Assembly (NCBI GenBank): GCA_964457905.1
Contig: CAYWGA010000005.1
Location: forward strand, 1-58,066
Reading direction: 5' to 3'
From: an uncultured bacterium
GTDB taxonomy: Bacteria; Krumholzibacteriota; Krumholzibacteriia; Krumholzibacteriales; Krumholzibacteriaceae
DNA: 58,066 nucleotides
A program made the translations under genes and the position numbers. The notes beneath the pieces are model-generated. The model had not been told where the DNA came from and did no database searches. It saw only the letters and a list, made by a program, of their open reading frames with translations. Shown in pieces: positions 57,793-58,066 of this stretch. How positions within the stretch are numbered: position 1 is the stretch's first letter; each line of letters begins with the position of its first letter.

Positions 57793-58066
57793 TCAATTCG
57801 ATATGACGTCGTACATTGCCCTTATGACCCACTTCGATGAGTCAGCCTCATCGGGAGCGACGATGATGATCACTGAGGCTCTTCCCGCGGTACTCTGAAA
57901 GATCGTGTCCTCATCGCCGAACTGGGCCCTGATGCGATATTCCCGGGTCGATTCCCAGCAGTCAACGCAGGGTTCCCCTTCGATCTCATTGTACGGGTTC
58001 CACGTCCCCGTCTCGGCAATGATCAGCTCGAGGAGTGACTCCGCTTCAAACATCCGTTCGGTCGTG
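57793..58066 (-). CDS. 3' part of a paralogous gene truncated by the window edge
   Basis: The frame is open to nt 58066. ...IIAETGTWNPYNEIEGEPCVDCWESTREYRIRAQF...IIIVAPDEADSSKWVIRAMYD aligns with ...ITGSGNWDDHPEINGLTCEGCRATMRSYHIRVQF...TIVVAPDESDASKWVLRAIYD of the neighbour. Confidence 0.7.
   Translation of the reverse strand, partial: TTERMFEAESLLELIIAETGTWNPYNEIEGEPCVDCWESTREYRIRAQFGDEDTIFQSTAGRASVIIIVAPDEADSSKWVIRAMYDVISN

Overview
GC-rich 58-kb window, probably from an uncultivated Gram-negative bacterium. It uses Shine-Dalgarno sites, and many of its proteins carry FlgD-Ig/T9SS-type C-terminal sorting domains (CTDs). I cannot assign a taxon from sequence alone. The left ~39 kb is accessory/cell-envelope DNA: a beta-lactamase-fold hydrolase, an LTXXQ (Spy/CpxP-like) lipoprotein, a 757-aa lipoprotein, an acyltransferase, a beta-helix protein, a 14-repeat propeller-like protein, a GH53 galactanase and a Ser/Thr kinase-TPR protein. 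Next comes a ~25-kb co-directional minus-strand block (13590-38671). It holds three small Cys-rich dockerin-tailed paralogues, a multi-Ig surface protein, an 8-repeat protein and six tandem ~1030-aa paralogues (GP1-GP6) of unknown function. The block shows nucleotide-level gene conversion at the 5' leaders and CTDs, and purifying selection on a central core. This block is my best candidate for an undescribed system, possibly a surface-displayed scaffold family with dockerin-bearing partners; that reading is inference only. The right ~19 kb is mostly housekeeping: DUF4912 plus two GH57 alpha-glucan genes, ligA, three secreted SGNH-like paralogues, a homocysteine S-methyltransferase overlapping a MATE transporter, ald, pdxJ, a YibQ-like deacetylase and a GT-C membrane glycosyltransferase. 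A ~340-nt convergent spacer between ald and pdxJ has three strong hairpins and a possible ~200-nt sRNA. I recognised no rRNA, tRNA, CRISPR array, transposase or integrase by eye. Limits: all calls rest on motif recognition in the supplied translations and manual reading. Motif-level coordinates (promoters, hairpins, repeats) may be off by 1-2 nt. No database search, folding or statistics were run.
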